DNA from: Candidatus Latescibacterota bacterium
GTDB lineage: Bacteria > Latescibacterota > UBA2968
Direction of reading: 5' to 3'
Assembly: GCA_965198115.1 (NCBI GenBank)
Contig: OZ240241.1
Span: 1,632,001-1,696,000, forward strand
DNA length: 64,000 nt
A model generated the notes under the pieces. It worked only from the letters and a program-made list of their open reading frames with translations, had not been told where the DNA came from and did not search any database. Shown piece after piece: positions 39,999 through 50,139 of this stretch (position 1 is the stretch's first letter; each line of letters starts with the position of its first letter). A program made the position numbers and the translations under genes.

Positions 39999-41393
39999 TC
40001 ACATACCGTCCACGAGCTCCCTGAACCTTCTTCCACGCTCCTCGAAATTGGCGAACATCCCGTAGCTGGCACACGCCGGTGACAGGAGCACCGTCTCTCC
40101 CGAACGCGCCTCCTCCTTCGCCGCAACCACCGCCGAATCGAAATCTGACGCGTGGTGCACGTGCGTCGACGCCTCGGGAGGCACCGAGTTTTCGATCGCG
40201 TTCGCCGTCTCGCCCACCAGAACCAGGCACCTCACCCGTTCCGCGATGCGTCTGCCAAGATCGTCGAACGGAATCCCTTTGTCGTAGCCACCTGCAATCA
40301 GAACGATGTCGCCCTCGATCGCATCCAGGGCCACGGCCGTTCGGTCGGGACTCGTCGCAACCGAATCATTCACGAAAGTCACACCCTTCACGCTCCCCAC
40401 GCACTCGAGCCGGTGCTCGACACCCTCAAACGTGCGGAGAACGTCCGCGACGCTGTCCCTGCCGACACCGACAGCCAGCGCGGCCGCTGATGCCGCACAG
40501 GCGTTCGCGACGTTGTGCCGACCGGGAACACGCAGATCGGCCGTCGCGACCAGCGTTGACCCATCCGCCACGATGTGATCGTCTTCCACGAACACCGACG
40601 TGTCGTCACCCGACACAGACCCGGTGGCGAACCACAGCGTCCTGGCCTCCGTCCGCCAACCTGCGACTTCCTCATCGTCGCGATTCAGAACGGCCACGTC
40701 GTCTTCGGTCTGATGCTCGAGGATCCCTTGCTTCGACGATCGGTAATCGTCGATCGAACCGTGTATGTCCAGATGATTGATCGAAAAGTTGGTCACCACC
40801 GCCAGGCGAGGCGACCACGCCATCCCCCGCAGGTGTCTCAGCTGAAAACTCGACAGCTCCAACACGACGGGAACGTCCTCCGACAAAGCCTCGAGCTCAT
40901 CCAGGAGCGAGATTCCCATGTTTCCACCCACGCTGGCACCTTTCCATCGCCGCTGAATCATGGCCCCGATCAGGGTCGTCGTCGTCGTCTTGCCGCTGCT
41001 GCCCGTCACCCCGAACACGGGTGATGGACATCTCGCCAGGAAGAGACCGATTTCCGTCGTAATCGGTACATCTTCTTCCCTCGCCACGTTCAAAAACGGA
41101 GAAGAAAGGGGCACGGCCGGGTTGGCCACGACCAGGTCCGCTTCCCGAAAATCTCGACCCTCGTGACCGCCGAGTCGAAATCGAACGTCGAGATCGGACA
41201 ACGCGTCGACAGACGCCGCCAGCTCCGACTGGGTCGATGTATCCGTCACCGTCACCTCAGCGCCCTGCTCGACTAGATAACGCGTCGCGGAAACAGCGCC
41301 CCCGAGTCGCCCGAGCCCCATAATCAGAACGCGCCTTCCCTTCAGGGAAAGCGCGGCATCGAGGATGGCCTGTGGCGATAGATCGGACGTCAC
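39999..41393 (-). CDS. murD: UDP-N-acetylmuramoyl-L-alanine--D-glutamate ligase
   Basis: GVTGSSGKTTT, GGNMG, LELSSFQL, HRLE, NDSVAT, GGYDKG and LLSPACASY. Confidence 0.95.
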   Translation of the reverse strand: MTSDLSPQAILDAALSLKGRRVLIMGLGRLGGAVSATRYLVEQGAEVTVTDTSTQSELAASVDALSDLDVRFRLGGHEGRDFREADLVVANPAVPLSSPFLNVAREEDVPITTEIGLFLARCPSPVFGVTGSSGKTTTTTLIGAMIQRRWKGASVGGNMGISLLDELEALSEDVPVVLELSSFQLRHLRGMAWSPRLAVVTNFSINHLDIHGSIDDYRSSKQGILEHQTEDDVAVLNRDDEEVAGWRTEARTLWFATGSVSGDDTSVFVEDDHIVADGSTLVATADLRVPGRHNVANACAASAAALAVGVGRDSVADVLRTFEGVEHRLECVGSVKGVTFVNDSVATSPDRTAVALDAIEGDIVLIAGGYDKGIPFDDLGRRIAERVRCLVLVGETANAIENSVPPEASTHVHHASDFDSAVVAAKEEARSGETVLLSPACASYGMFANFEERGRRFRELVDGM

Positions 41394-42370
41394 AATTTTC
41401 GCCCTTCGAGCATGAACAGCACGATTTCCACGAGCGTGACCAGGTCGAGCGCATTGTGATGGAGAACGTCGTGCATCTCGATCGCATTACCTGTCCGCAC
41501 GAACGCATGATACGCATCGGGAATCGCTTCGCCCGGAATATCTCCCGTCCGCCCCCGCTTGCAGATGGCTCGTTCGAGCGTCTGTAGCTTGCAGTTCGGC
41601 AAACGCTCCTTATAACGGCGGCGCCCTTCGTGCAAAAGATCGATATGCACGAGATCGTCGGGCAAATCGTAGCCATAGTAGCCCATGCGATCGCGAACAT
41701 AGGGCAGGTCGTAGGTCTTGCCGTTGAAACTCACGACGGTTTTCGCATAGCTCAAGATTCGCCCCAACTCGAACAGGAGCGCGGCCTCTTCCGTGTAGTC
41801 TCTTGCCAGGAGTTGCAGCACGCGGAGCTCTCCGTCGCGCGCGGCGACCACCCCCACCAGGAACAGAGGCGTACCAGCCGTGAACCCTGTCGCTTCGATG
41901 TCCAGAAAGAGCAGTCGATCGCCCGGCGTGTGGGACAGAGCGCCGAATGTTTCGTGAGGGTCGTGCGGGAGCATCGCGACCCCCTGCAGCGATGACATCA
42001 GCCGGGCAAACCGGGCGGTCATCGTGTCCCCATCCCCAGGCAACAGTTCGGCGACCGAACGATCGACCATGAGAAAGGACCCGGCGGGTGTTTCCCACGG
42101 ATCTCCGACCACAATCTCTTCGATCGCGCGCCGTATTCGGACGTCGGCGGGGCCGGCCATCGTCCGATCGATGGACGAAGAGGCATCCTGGGTCACCGCG
42201 ACTGACATCGCAGCTTCTCGACGACGAAGCGCTGAGCGTCGGAGCGCGGAGATGCGTGTTCGGAGTTGGTGGGTTAGCATCGGTTTTCTGTTGGGAAACT
42301 TCGGGCCATTCCTTTCCGCAATCGTCATTTGTTGTCTTCTCTTTCCGGATAGAGCCCCTTTTATGACCAA
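41390..42370 (-). CDS. YprB-like ribonuclease H-fold domain protein (start uncertain)
   Basis: LFLDIEATG, FLVG, VSFNGKTYDLP, HIDLLH, CKLQTLE, DIPG..IP and HNALDL. Confidence 0.85.
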   Translation of the reverse strand: MVIKGALSGKRRQQMTIAERNGPKFPNRKPMLTHQLRTRISALRRSALRRREAAMSVAVTQDASSSIDRTMAGPADVRIRRAIEEIVVGDPWETPAGSFLMVDRSVAELLPGDGDTMTARFARLMSSLQGVAMLPHDPHETFGALSHTPGDRLLFLDIEATGFTAGTPLFLVGVVAARDGELRVLQLLARDYTEEAALLFELGRILSYAKTVVSFNGKTYDLPYVRDRMGYYGYDLPDDLVHIDLLHEGRRRYKERLPNCKLQTLERAICKRGRTGDIPGEAIPDAYHAFVRTGNAIEMHDVLHHNALDLVTLVEIVLFMLEGRKL

Positions 42371-42422
42371 AAGAGAAACAGAAAAGTCCCACTCAGGCGC
42401 CGTGGGGGCTGGTGGCCTCGGC

Positions 42423-42447
42423 TCCCTCGACTACGCTCGGGACAGGC
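42423..42447 (+). repeat. REP-like repeat TCCCTCGACTACGCTCGGGACAGGC
   Basis: Related to the copies at 36107 and 46217. Confidence 0.6.
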
Positions 42448-42764
42448 TCGTCACAGGTGGCAGGGCCCCATCCAGTAGCCGACGTGCTCCACCCCACCCC
42501 CATACCGTCCGCCGGCAGTCGGTTGCGTTACAGAAGAGTCAATAATGATGGTGCGCTTGCGGACTAGCACCCGTAGGAGGTGGAAGGAACATCGGGGCCG
42601 CCTGTCGCCTTTCCCTCGGCGCCATCTTGTGGTCCCGATAGCCAGCATCGAGAGACCACCCAGAACCGTTCAATCACGGATGATCCATAATGAATCTCAA
42701 TTATCCTTGTGTGCTCTCTCCATAGACAGGCGGAAGTCTTCTTATTCATCTGCTCGTGTTTGCG

Positions 42765-42793
42765 ATTGTAGTCAGGTTGGGAAATCGAGTCAA
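42765..42793 (-). promoter_or_regulatory. Near-consensus sigma70 promoter on the minus strand
   Basis: TTGACT-N17-TACAAT. Confidence 0.65.
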
Positions 42794-42876
42794 GGTGGGG
42801 GCATTTCACGGAATGCGTTTGTTCGCGCGCGTCCGATGGGCTAAATTGACGCGCCGATCGAACGAAACGACTCGCC

Positions 42877-43875
42877 ATGACCAACTACATCATCCGACGC
42901 CTGCTCCACATGATCCCTACGCTGATCCTGATCTCCATGGTCAGCTTCGTCGTGATCCAAGCGCCCCCCGGCGACATGCTCACGTCCCGTCTGGCCGAAC
43001 TGGCCGAGCAGGGCGAGCTGGGATCCGAAAGCGCCGTCGCGCAGATCGAGGCGCTCCGCGAACGCTATGGCTTGAACGATCCGCTTTACATTCAGTATTT
43101 CAGGTGGATCGGCAACATCGCCTTCAACGGCGACTTCGGTCAATCGTTCACCTACGAGATGGACGTGATTCAGCTGCTCGGGGAACGTTTGGGCCTCACC
43201 CTCACGCTCACCCTGTCGACGCTCGTCTTCACGTGGATCGTGGCCATTCCGATCGACATCTACTCGGCGACCAAGCCCTACTCCCTGGGCGACTATGGAT
43301 TCACGCTCCTCGGGTTCGTCGGCCTCGCCACACCCAACTTTCTGCTCGCTCTCGTCATCATGTTCTGCCAGATCACCGTCTTCGAAACGGAATCCGTCGG
43401 CGGGCTCTTGTCGCCGCAGTACATCGGCGCGCCCTGGTCGTTCGCAAAATTCCAGGACCTGTTGGCTCACATCTGGGTCCCGATCGTCGTCATCGGAACG
43501 AGCGGCACGGCCAGCGTCATCCGCATCATGCGCGGCAACCTGCTCGACGTGCTGGGCCAGCAGCACATTCAAACGGGGCGGGCGAAAGGACTGACCGAAA
43601 CCAAAGTCATCGTCAAATACGGTGTCCGCATCGCGATCAACCCCCTCGTCAGCCGTCTCGGACTCGCGCTCCCGAACCTCCTGTCCGGCGCCGTCGTCAC
43701 GGGCATCGTCCTCGGTCTGCCCACCGCCGGTCCGATCTTTCTGACCGCCTTGACATCCCAGGACATGTATCTGGCCGGCGCCTTCCTCTTGCTCTCGGCC
43801 ACCTTCCTGTTGATGGGCAACCTGCTCGCCGACATTCTTCTCGCGTGGCTCGACCCGAGGATCCGATATGAATAG
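42877..43875 (+). CDS. Peptide/nickel ABC transporter permease (DppB/OppB-like)
   Basis: YIIRRLL, YGLNDPL..QY, GDFGQSF, the EAA-loop motif TGRAKGL and DPRIR. Confidence 0.95.
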   Translation: MTNYIIRRLLHMIPTLILISMVSFVVIQAPPGDMLTSRLAELAEQGELGSESAVAQIEALRERYGLNDPLYIQYFRWIGNIAFNGDFGQSFTYEMDVIQLLGERLGLTLTLTLSTLVFTWIVAIPIDIYSATKPYSLGDYGFTLLGFVGLATPNFLLALVIMFCQITVFETESVGGLLSPQYIGAPWSFAKFQDLLAHIWVPIVVIGTSGTASVIRIMRGNLLDVLGQQHIQTGRAKGLTETKVIVKYGVRIAINPLVSRLGLALPNLLSGAVVTGIVLGLPTAGPIFLTALTSQDMYLAGAFLLLSATFLLMGNLLADILLAWLDPRIRYE

Positions 43876-45010
43876 CGCCCCGGCCGTCGCCGGCGAGCAA
43901 TCGATCGAAGAGCCCGAGGCCGTCGCCACAACAGCCTCCTATTCTCAGCGAAAGCTCATCTGGCGACGCTTCAAGAAGCATCGGGCAGGCGTTATCGGCG
44001 GGTACGTGGTCATCCTCCTCTACGTCATTGTCGGCCTGGGGGAATTCCTGGCTCCGCACGGCGTGAGTAACCGCTATTACAAAGTCGTCCACTGCCCGCC
44101 TCAGCGGATTCACTTCTTCTCCAACGAGGGATTCCACCTTCGCCCGTTTGTCTACGGGATCAAAGGCCATCTCGATCGCCAGACGGGAATCAAAAAGTAC
44201 ACCGAAGACTCCGAGCTGAAGCATCCCATCTACTTATTCGCGAAGGGTGATGCCTACTTCTTCTACGGTCTGTTCACCTGGGACCGTCACCTGTTCGGGA
44301 CCGGTGTGGACAATCCGATTTTTCTCCTCGGAACGGACCGGTTCGGCCGCGATCTGCTGTCCCGCATCATCGTCGGGGGACGCATCTCCCTCTCGATCGG
44401 ACTGTTCGCCGTCTTCCTCAGCCTCACCCTCGGCTCGGTCCTGGGTGTCACCTCCGGCTACTACGGCGGTGCGGTCGACAACCTGATCCAGCGCATCATC
44501 GAGCTGATCTTCGCCTTTCCCTCGATTCCGATCCTCATGGCCCTGAGCGCCGTGCTGCCCGCGGACTGGCCTTCGCACCTCGTCTTCATGGGCATCGTCA
44601 CCGTTCTCGCCCTGATCGGATGGGGCGGACTCGCACGCGAAATCCGAGGCAAGACCCTGTCGCTCCGGGAAGCCGACTTCGTCCTGGCCGCTCGCGTCTG
44701 CGGTGCGGGAGACGCGCGTATCATCTTTCGCCATCTGCTCCCCTCGATGATCAGCCACATCATCGTCATCGCCACCCTGGCAATCCCGATTTTCATCCTC
44801 GGGGAGAGCACCCTCAGTTTCCTGGGTCTCGGCATCAAGCCGCCCTCCACGAGTTGGGGGCTCCTGCTTTCCGACGCCATGAACATCCACTCGCTCAGCC
44901 TCTATCCGTGGCTGCTCGCACCCGGTTTCTGCATCATCATCGCCGTCCTCGCGTTCAACTTCCTGGGCGATGGCCTGCGCGACGCCGCCGACCCGTATTC
45001 GAGCCGATGA
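43868..45010 (+). CDS. Peptide/nickel ABC transporter permease (DppC/OppC-like)
   Basis: LGTDRFGRDLLSR, RHLLP, LSFLGLG and FNFLGDGLRDAADP. Confidence 0.95.
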   Translation: MNSAPAVAGEQSIEEPEAVATTASYSQRKLIWRRFKKHRAGVIGGYVVILLYVIVGLGEFLAPHGVSNRYYKVVHCPPQRIHFFSNEGFHLRPFVYGIKGHLDRQTGIKKYTEDSELKHPIYLFAKGDAYFFYGLFTWDRHLFGTGVDNPIFLLGTDRFGRDLLSRIIVGGRISLSIGLFAVFLSLTLGSVLGVTSGYYGGAVDNLIQRIIELIFAFPSIPILMALSAVLPADWPSHLVFMGIVTVLALIGWGGLAREIRGKTLSLREADFVLAARVCGAGDARIIFRHLLPSMISHIIVIATLAIPIFILGESTLSFLGLGIKPPSTSWGLLLSDAMNIHSLSLYPWLLAPGFCIIIAVLAFNFLGDGLRDAADPYSSR

Positions 45011-45018
45011 GAAACGAA

Positions 45019-45124
45019 CACGAAGACGCGAAGTCGCGAAGTCGCGAAGGATAGAACGGATGATCACTACCCCGTGCGTGTGGAGATCCGAAGTTGTCTT
45101 TCTTCGAGCCTTCGTGACTTCGTG
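45019..45124. repeat. Octamer tandem repeats in inverted arrangement (CRCGAAGN x4 ... NCTTCGWG x3)
   Basis: CACGAAGA CGCGAAGT CGCGAAGT CGCGAAGG at 45019-45050 and TCTTCGAG CCTTCGTG ACTTCGTG at 45101-45124. Confidence 0.7.
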
Positions 45125-45132
45125 TTGATTCT

Positions 45133-46128
45133 ATGAGCGAAGACCAACAACCGTTGCTCGAGATCAATAACCTGAAGACGCATTTCTTCACGGATGACGG
45201 GGTGGTGCGTGCGGTCGACGGGGTGTCGTTTTCCGTCGGGAAGAGTGAAACGATTGGGGTCGTGGGAGAGAGCGGATGCGGGAAGAGTATCACTGCCTTC
45301 TCGACGATGCGTCTGATCCCGGAACCACTTGGCAGAATCGTGGATGGAGAGATCGTCTTCCACCGGAACGGCAGCTCGGTCGATTTGACGAAACTGCCGC
45401 CGCGCGGCCAGGAAATGCGCGACATCCGTGGCAACGACATCGCGATGATCTTTCAGGAACCGATGACGTCGCTCAGCCCGGTCCACACGATCGGGAACCA
45501 GATCGGCGAAGCCATCGAACTCCACCAGGAAGTCGACAAAGCCGAGGCGCGTAGGCGATCTGAAGAGACTTTGCTGAAGGTTCGTCTCCCCCGACCCGAT
45601 CGGCAGCTCGACGCCTATCCGCACGAGCTCTCCGGCGGCATGCGCCAGCGCGCGATGATCGCCATGGCCCTCTCCTGCAATCCCAGCCTGCTCATCGCCG
45701 ACGAACCGACGACCGCACTGGACGTGACCGTCCAGGCTCAGATCCTCGACCTCATGGAGCAACTCCAAAGCGATATCGGCATGTCGATCATGCTCATCAC
45801 GCACGACCTGGGCGTCGTCGCGCGCATGGCCGATCACGTCGCCGTCATGTATCTGGGCAAGGTGGTCGAGTACTCGGACGTCCGAACGATCTTCAAACAA
45901 CCGCGTCATCCTTACACGCAGGGGTTGCTGAAGTCGATCCCCGTCATCGGACGCAAAGAACAGCTCGTGCCGATTGAAGGTTCCGTGCCCGACCCGTTCG
46001 AGTTGCCGACAGGATGCACGTTCGCGCCCCGATGTCCTCACGCGACCGATCAGTGCCGGGAAGCGCCGACCTTACGTGAAGTTTCGGCGGGACATCAGGT
46101 GAGCTGTTGGCTGGAGGTAGAACCGTAG
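45133..46128 (+). CDS. Peptide ABC transporter ATP-binding protein (DppD/OppD-like)
   Basis: [29 protein letters not shown] and GCTFAPRC. Confidence 0.96.
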   Translation: MSEDQQPLLEINNLKTHFFTDDGVVRAVDGVSFSVGKSETIGVVGESGCGKSITAFSTMRLIPEPLGRIVDGEIVFHRNGSSVDLTKLPPRGQEMRDIRGNDIAMIFQEPMTSLSPVHTIGNQIGEAIELHQEVDKAEARRRSEETLLKVRLPRPDRQLDAYPHELSGGMRQRAMIAMALSCNPSLLIADEPTTALDVTVQAQILDLMEQLQSDIGMSIMLITHDLGVVARMADHVAVMYLGKVVEYSDVRTIFKQPRHPYTQGLLKSIPVIGRKEQLVPIEGSVPDPFELPTGCTFAPRCPHATDQCREAPTLREVSAGHQVSCWLEVEP

Positions 46129-46216
46129 GCGGTGGACGGTTACGACGGGCCTCATTCTCGTGGGCGGTGGTAGTGGGCGGTCGGCGGTAAAGACGGACTT
46201 CGCGACAACCTTGGGC

Positions 46217-46264
46217 CCCTCGACTTCGCTCGGGATAAACTCCGGGGCGAACGGCGGTTCGCCC
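46217..46264 (+). repeat. REP-like repeat CCCTCGACTTCGCTCGGGATAAACTCCGGGGCGAACGG
   Basis: Related to the copies at 36107 and 42423; lies between dppD and dppF. Confidence 0.6.
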
Positions 46265-46300
46265 GATGTTAAAGCCCACAACATTGCGTGAACGACACAA

Positions 46301-47328
46301 ATGACCGAGACAAACGGAAAATCTGAAGTTCTGTTCGAGATCGAAGACCTCAGGACCTATTTCCCAATCAAGAAAGGGATCTGGCGAAAGGTCGTCGGCC
46401 ACGTCAAGGCGGTGGATGGCGTCAGCATGACGCTGCACCGTGGGGAAACGCTGGGGCTCGTCGGCGAAAGTGGGTGTGGGAAAACCACGACGGGGCGATC
46501 GATGATCCGGTTGATCGAACCGACGAGTGGCCGTGTGACGTTCCACCACGACGGTCAGGCGATCGATCTTCGAAACGTCGAGAAGGAAGAGCTTAGAGGC
46601 CTGCGACGTTACCTGCAATACATCTTCCAGGACCCCTTCTCATCGCTCAACCCGCGCATGACCGTGTTCGACATCGTCGCGGAGCCGCTCGTCATCAACC
46701 AGATCGCCAGCGGATCCGAACTGGAAGGGCGCGTCGAGCAGCTGCTCGTTCGCGTCGGCCTTAGACCCGATCATCTTCGCCGCTATCCGCACGCGTTCAG
46801 CGGTGGACAACGTCAGCGCATCGGAATCGCCCGGGCACTCGCCCTCACCCCTCGTCTCATCATCGCGGACGAACCGGTCAGCGCGCTCGACGTCTCGGTC
46901 CAGGCTCAGGTCATCAATCTAATGGAAGAGCTTCAGGAGGAATTCGATCTTACCTACTTGTTCGTTGCGCACGACCTGAGTGTCGTCGAGCACATCAGCG
47001 ACCGCGTTGCCGTCATGTATCTCGGCCAGATCGTCGAGATGACCGAGGCCAGCCAGCTCTACGAACGTCCCTTGCACCCCTACACCGTTGCACTCATGTC
47101 GGCTGTTCCCGTCGCGGACCCCGATCACCGCATGGACCGTGTCCCCCTCGAGGGCGACGTCCCCGATCCGCCGACGCCCCCTCCAGATGCAAATTCCATC
47201 CTCGTTGTTCCTACGCGCAAGACATCTGCAAGACGGACGACCCCTCGCTACGCGAAATCGAGCCCGGTCACGAAGCCAGCTGTCACTTCGCGGGCGAGCT
47301 CGAGTTTCAACAGATCCAACCCGCCTGA
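46301..47328 (+). CDS. Peptide ABC transporter ATP-binding protein (DppF/OppF-like), frameshift near 47170
   Basis: [16 protein letters not shown] and DEPVSALD. The conserved C-terminus CKFHPRC...GHEASCH is in another frame, ending at TGA 47326-47328. Confidence 0.9.
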
Positions 47329-47787
47329 CATCGAACATCGAGAATCGAAAAAAGCACGATACATCCGACCGACCGCCGCTCGATACCACGGGTCCGAGCG
47401 TGAAATCTTGAAGCCGTTGACCACATCGACTCCGTCCTCCAGGCTGTCGACCAGTCGTCGCAGGTCGGCGACACGATACTGCCCGTCGCCGTCGGTATAG
47501 AAGACCCATTCTCGTGAAGCGTTTTTGAACCCGGTCGTCAGAGCCGCACCGTAGCCCCGGTTTTCCCCGTGGGCGATCACCCGCACAGCCGGAATCGCCC
47601 CGGAGATTTTATGGAGACGTTCGATACTCTTGTCCGAGCTGCCATCGTCCACGACCAGAATCTCGTATTCCGAAGCGAGAGACCCGGCCAGGTCGTCGGC
47701 CTCGATCACCAGCTCGCCGATCGTATGTTCGTCGTTGTAACAGGGGAAGAAGATCGACAGAGAAGACAGGCGAGGGGCCGTAGGCAT
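47248..47787 (-). pseudogene. Glycosyltransferase family 2, apparently truncated at the 3' end
   Basis: FFPCYND, VVDDGSSD, NRGYGAAL and YTDGDGQY. Homology ends around residue 147, where the gene collides with convergent dppF. Confidence 0.65.
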
Positions 47788-48887
47788 TCAGACTGATCGC
47801 GCAGGGTCGACACCACGCGATCGACTTCTGCGTCCGTCAGTTCGGGATAGATCGGCAGACACAGCACATCTCTGCAAATACGTGTCGAGACGGGAAGGTC
47901 GGTGGGAATCCTGCGAAACGTCGAGAACGCGGGCTGCTCGTGCAGGGCGCGCGGATACAGCACGCCCGTGCCGATGCCGGCTGACGACAGCCGGGCCTGG
48001 AGACCGTCCCGATCCGGATGTCGTACGCAGAACTGGTGAAAAACGTGGTCGGCCTCCACAGCGGGCAGTCGCAGGTTCAGGCCCGACAGCCCCTCGACGT
48101 ATCTTCCCGCGACTTGGCGTCGGCGGGCATTGTCCCGATCGAGGTGTGCGAGACGAACGCCCAGAACAGCCGCCTGGATGTCGTCCAATCGGCTGTTCAT
48201 GCCCAGCTCCAAGCTGACCTGGCGTTCCTGCCACCCGTATTGCCTCAGCGTCCTCGCTCGTTCGAGGAGGCCGGTGTCGTCGCTCGCCAGGCAACCGCCA
48301 TCTCCCAAAGCAGGAAGGTTCTTCGTAGGATAAAAGCTGAAGGCGGAAACATCCCCAAAACTGCCCGTCAGGCGATCTCCTATTCGGGCACCGTGCGATT
48401 GCGCGCAATCCTCGACGACGCTGAGGCCGTGTTCTCGGGCGATCGATCCTAAACGCTCCATCGGAGCGGGACAGCCGTAGAGGTGGACAGGGAGGATAAC
48501 CTTCGTGGCGGAACAGACGGCCTCCGCGACCCGTTCGGGGTCGAGTGTGCAAGAATCCGGATCGACGTCGACCAGCACCGGACGCGCTCCCGAACGGACG
48601 ACGGCCGTGGCTGTCGCCGACGCGGTCACTGCCGGCACGAGCACCTCATCCTCCGGCCCCAATCCAAGCGTCCTCAGGGCCAGCTCGAGCGCGTCCGTTC
48701 CGCTCGCCGTTCCCACGACGCCCGCCACCCCGAGGTAGTCTGCGAACGCGCGCTCGAACCGATCGCACGCCGCCCCCAGCACATACCACCCGCTATTCAG
48801 GACCTCAGCAATCGCCTCGTCGATCTGTGTCCGAAGCCGGTCATAGCCGCGACCCGGGGCGGCGGGGTGGATGGAAGGTTGACCCAT
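47706..48887 (-). CDS. DegT/DnrJ/EryC1/StrS-family aminotransferase
   Basis: SGTDAL, PVHLYG, EDCAQSHG, FSFYPTKNL..LGDGG and NSRLDDIQAA. The true stop may be near 47790 (TGAATG junction). Confidence 0.92.
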   Translation of the reverse strand: MGQPSIHPAAPGRGYDRLRTQIDEAIAEVLNSGWYVLGAACDRFERAFADYLGVAGVVGTASGTDALELALRTLGLGPEDEVLVPAVTASATATAVVRSGARPVLVDVDPDSCTLDPERVAEAVCSATKVILPVHLYGCPAPMERLGSIAREHGLSVVEDCAQSHGARIGDRLTGSFGDVSAFSFYPTKNLPALGDGGCLASDDTGLLERARTLRQYGWQERQVSLELGMNSRLDDIQAAVLGVRLAHLDRDNARRRQVAGRYVEGLSGLNLRLPAVEADHVFHQFCVRHPDRDGLQARLSSAGIGTGVLYPRALHEQPAFSTFRRIPTDLPVSTRICRDVLCLPIYPELTDAEVDRVVSTLRDQSECLRPLACLLCRSSSPVTTTNIRSASW

Positions 48888-48917
48888 CAGATCACGATGA
48901 ACAGGAGAGCCACGTCC

Positions 48918-49250
48918 TCACCCGTTCAGCTGTCTCAGAAACTGGAAGGTATAGATACCGGAGTCGTGGCCATCCTTCCACACGATCTGGATCGCATACC
49001 GACCGACCTTCTGGATTCGGTCGATTTCTGCGCTGGCTGCCATCTGGCCGGGGGTGATCACGTGCAGGTCGCTCGACGATGTCTCACGGTGGCTCTCGCA
49101 GACCGCACACGGACAGCTCCGTCTGAGAAGGTCGAGCGGCAAATTCGATCTCGTTCGGTCACGCCACTCGATCTGCATCGTGGCGTCTTCGACCGATACG
49201 TGGATTTTCTCGGGCACAGCGGGATTCACGTCGGCACCTTGACTTTTCAT
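48918..49250 (-). CDS. DUF971 / gamma-butyrobetaine hydroxylase N-terminal-like domain protein
   Basis: IEWRD...LRRSCPCAVC...VGRYAIQIVWKDGHDSGIYTF..LR. Confidence 0.88.
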   Translation of the reverse strand: MKSQGADVNPAVPEKIHVSVEDATMQIEWRDRTRSNLPLDLLRRSCPCAVCESHRETSSSDLHVITPGQMAASAEIDRIQKVGRYAIQIVWKDGHDSGIYTFQFLRQLNG

Positions 49251-49370
49251 CTCCCGGACCTACATTTCGCCAAACCGTGGTCGAAGGCATTCACCGGGCC
49301 GAGGTTTCAGACCTCCGGCCCGGAACTTTTTCTGCTAAAATGAGTATAACTCACAGCACCTGTTGAAGAT

Positions 49371-50132
49371 ATGAACGTTCTCCACATCAGATTCGGACAC
49401 TCGCTGCTCTCGACGCTCGCCAGAGCCACGCTCGTTCAGAAGCAGTTTCAACGGCTCCTGGCCGACCGGCCGACGGGTGTGCGCGTGGCGTGCCGTAGCA
49501 AGCAGCCACACGCCGACCTGAACAGCCGTTACACCGCCATCACGCTGCGGTCCGCCGGAGCCACGGCCGGAGCCATGCTCCTCTCCTTCCTCCTTTACCC
49601 GGAACACATCCCAACCGTCGGCCAGGGCACGCGAAGACCCGCCATAATTCACGTGGAACACATTCCGGAGACGGTGCAGAGAACACAGCCACCTGCCCCA
49701 CCCAGACCCGTCGTTCCGATCGCGGTCGAGGGGGACGTGCCCGACACCGTCACCATCGAACCCACAGACCTCGACCTCGATGCCATCCCCATCGACCTCT
49801 CCCTCTCCGGGCCTCCTGGAGGGGGCGGGCCCCTTTCAGACGAGCCCATGGACGCGTCCGAGATCGACTACAAACCCCACCTGCTCACGCTCATCATGCC
49901 GGCGTTTCCGAGCGAGGCCCGAAGGGACCGATTGAAATCCGGATCCGCGAAGGTCAAGCTGCTGGTCGACAAACGGGGAAAGGTCGAAAAGGTGGAGTTT
50001 GTGGATGGACCTGCGGTGTTCAGAGAGGAAGCGATCTCCACAGCCTACCGCTACCGGTTCCGCCCGGGCAAGCATCAGGGGGAAGTCAGAAAAGTGTGGA
50101 TGGAGATTTCGATACAGTTCCGATACGACTGA
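49371..50132 (+). CDS. TonB-family energy transducer-like protein (start uncertain)
   Basis: TM segment, Pro-rich linker and C-terminal P.FP..A...G...V..LVD..GKV...YRFRPGK..G. Confidence 0.78.
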   Translation: MNVLHIRFGHSLLSTLARATLVQKQFQRLLADRPTGVRVACRSKQPHADLNSRYTAITLRSAGATAGAMLLSFLLYPEHIPTVGQGTRRPAIIHVEHIPETVQRTQPPAPPRPVVPIAVEGDVPDTVTIEPTDLDLDAIPIDLSLSGPPGGGGPLSDEPMDASEIDYKPHLLTLIMPAFPSEARRDRLKSGSAKVKLLVDKRGKVEKVEFVDGPAVFREEAISTAYRYRFRPGKHQGEVRKVWMEISIQFRYD

Positions 50133-50139
50133 AACCTCA

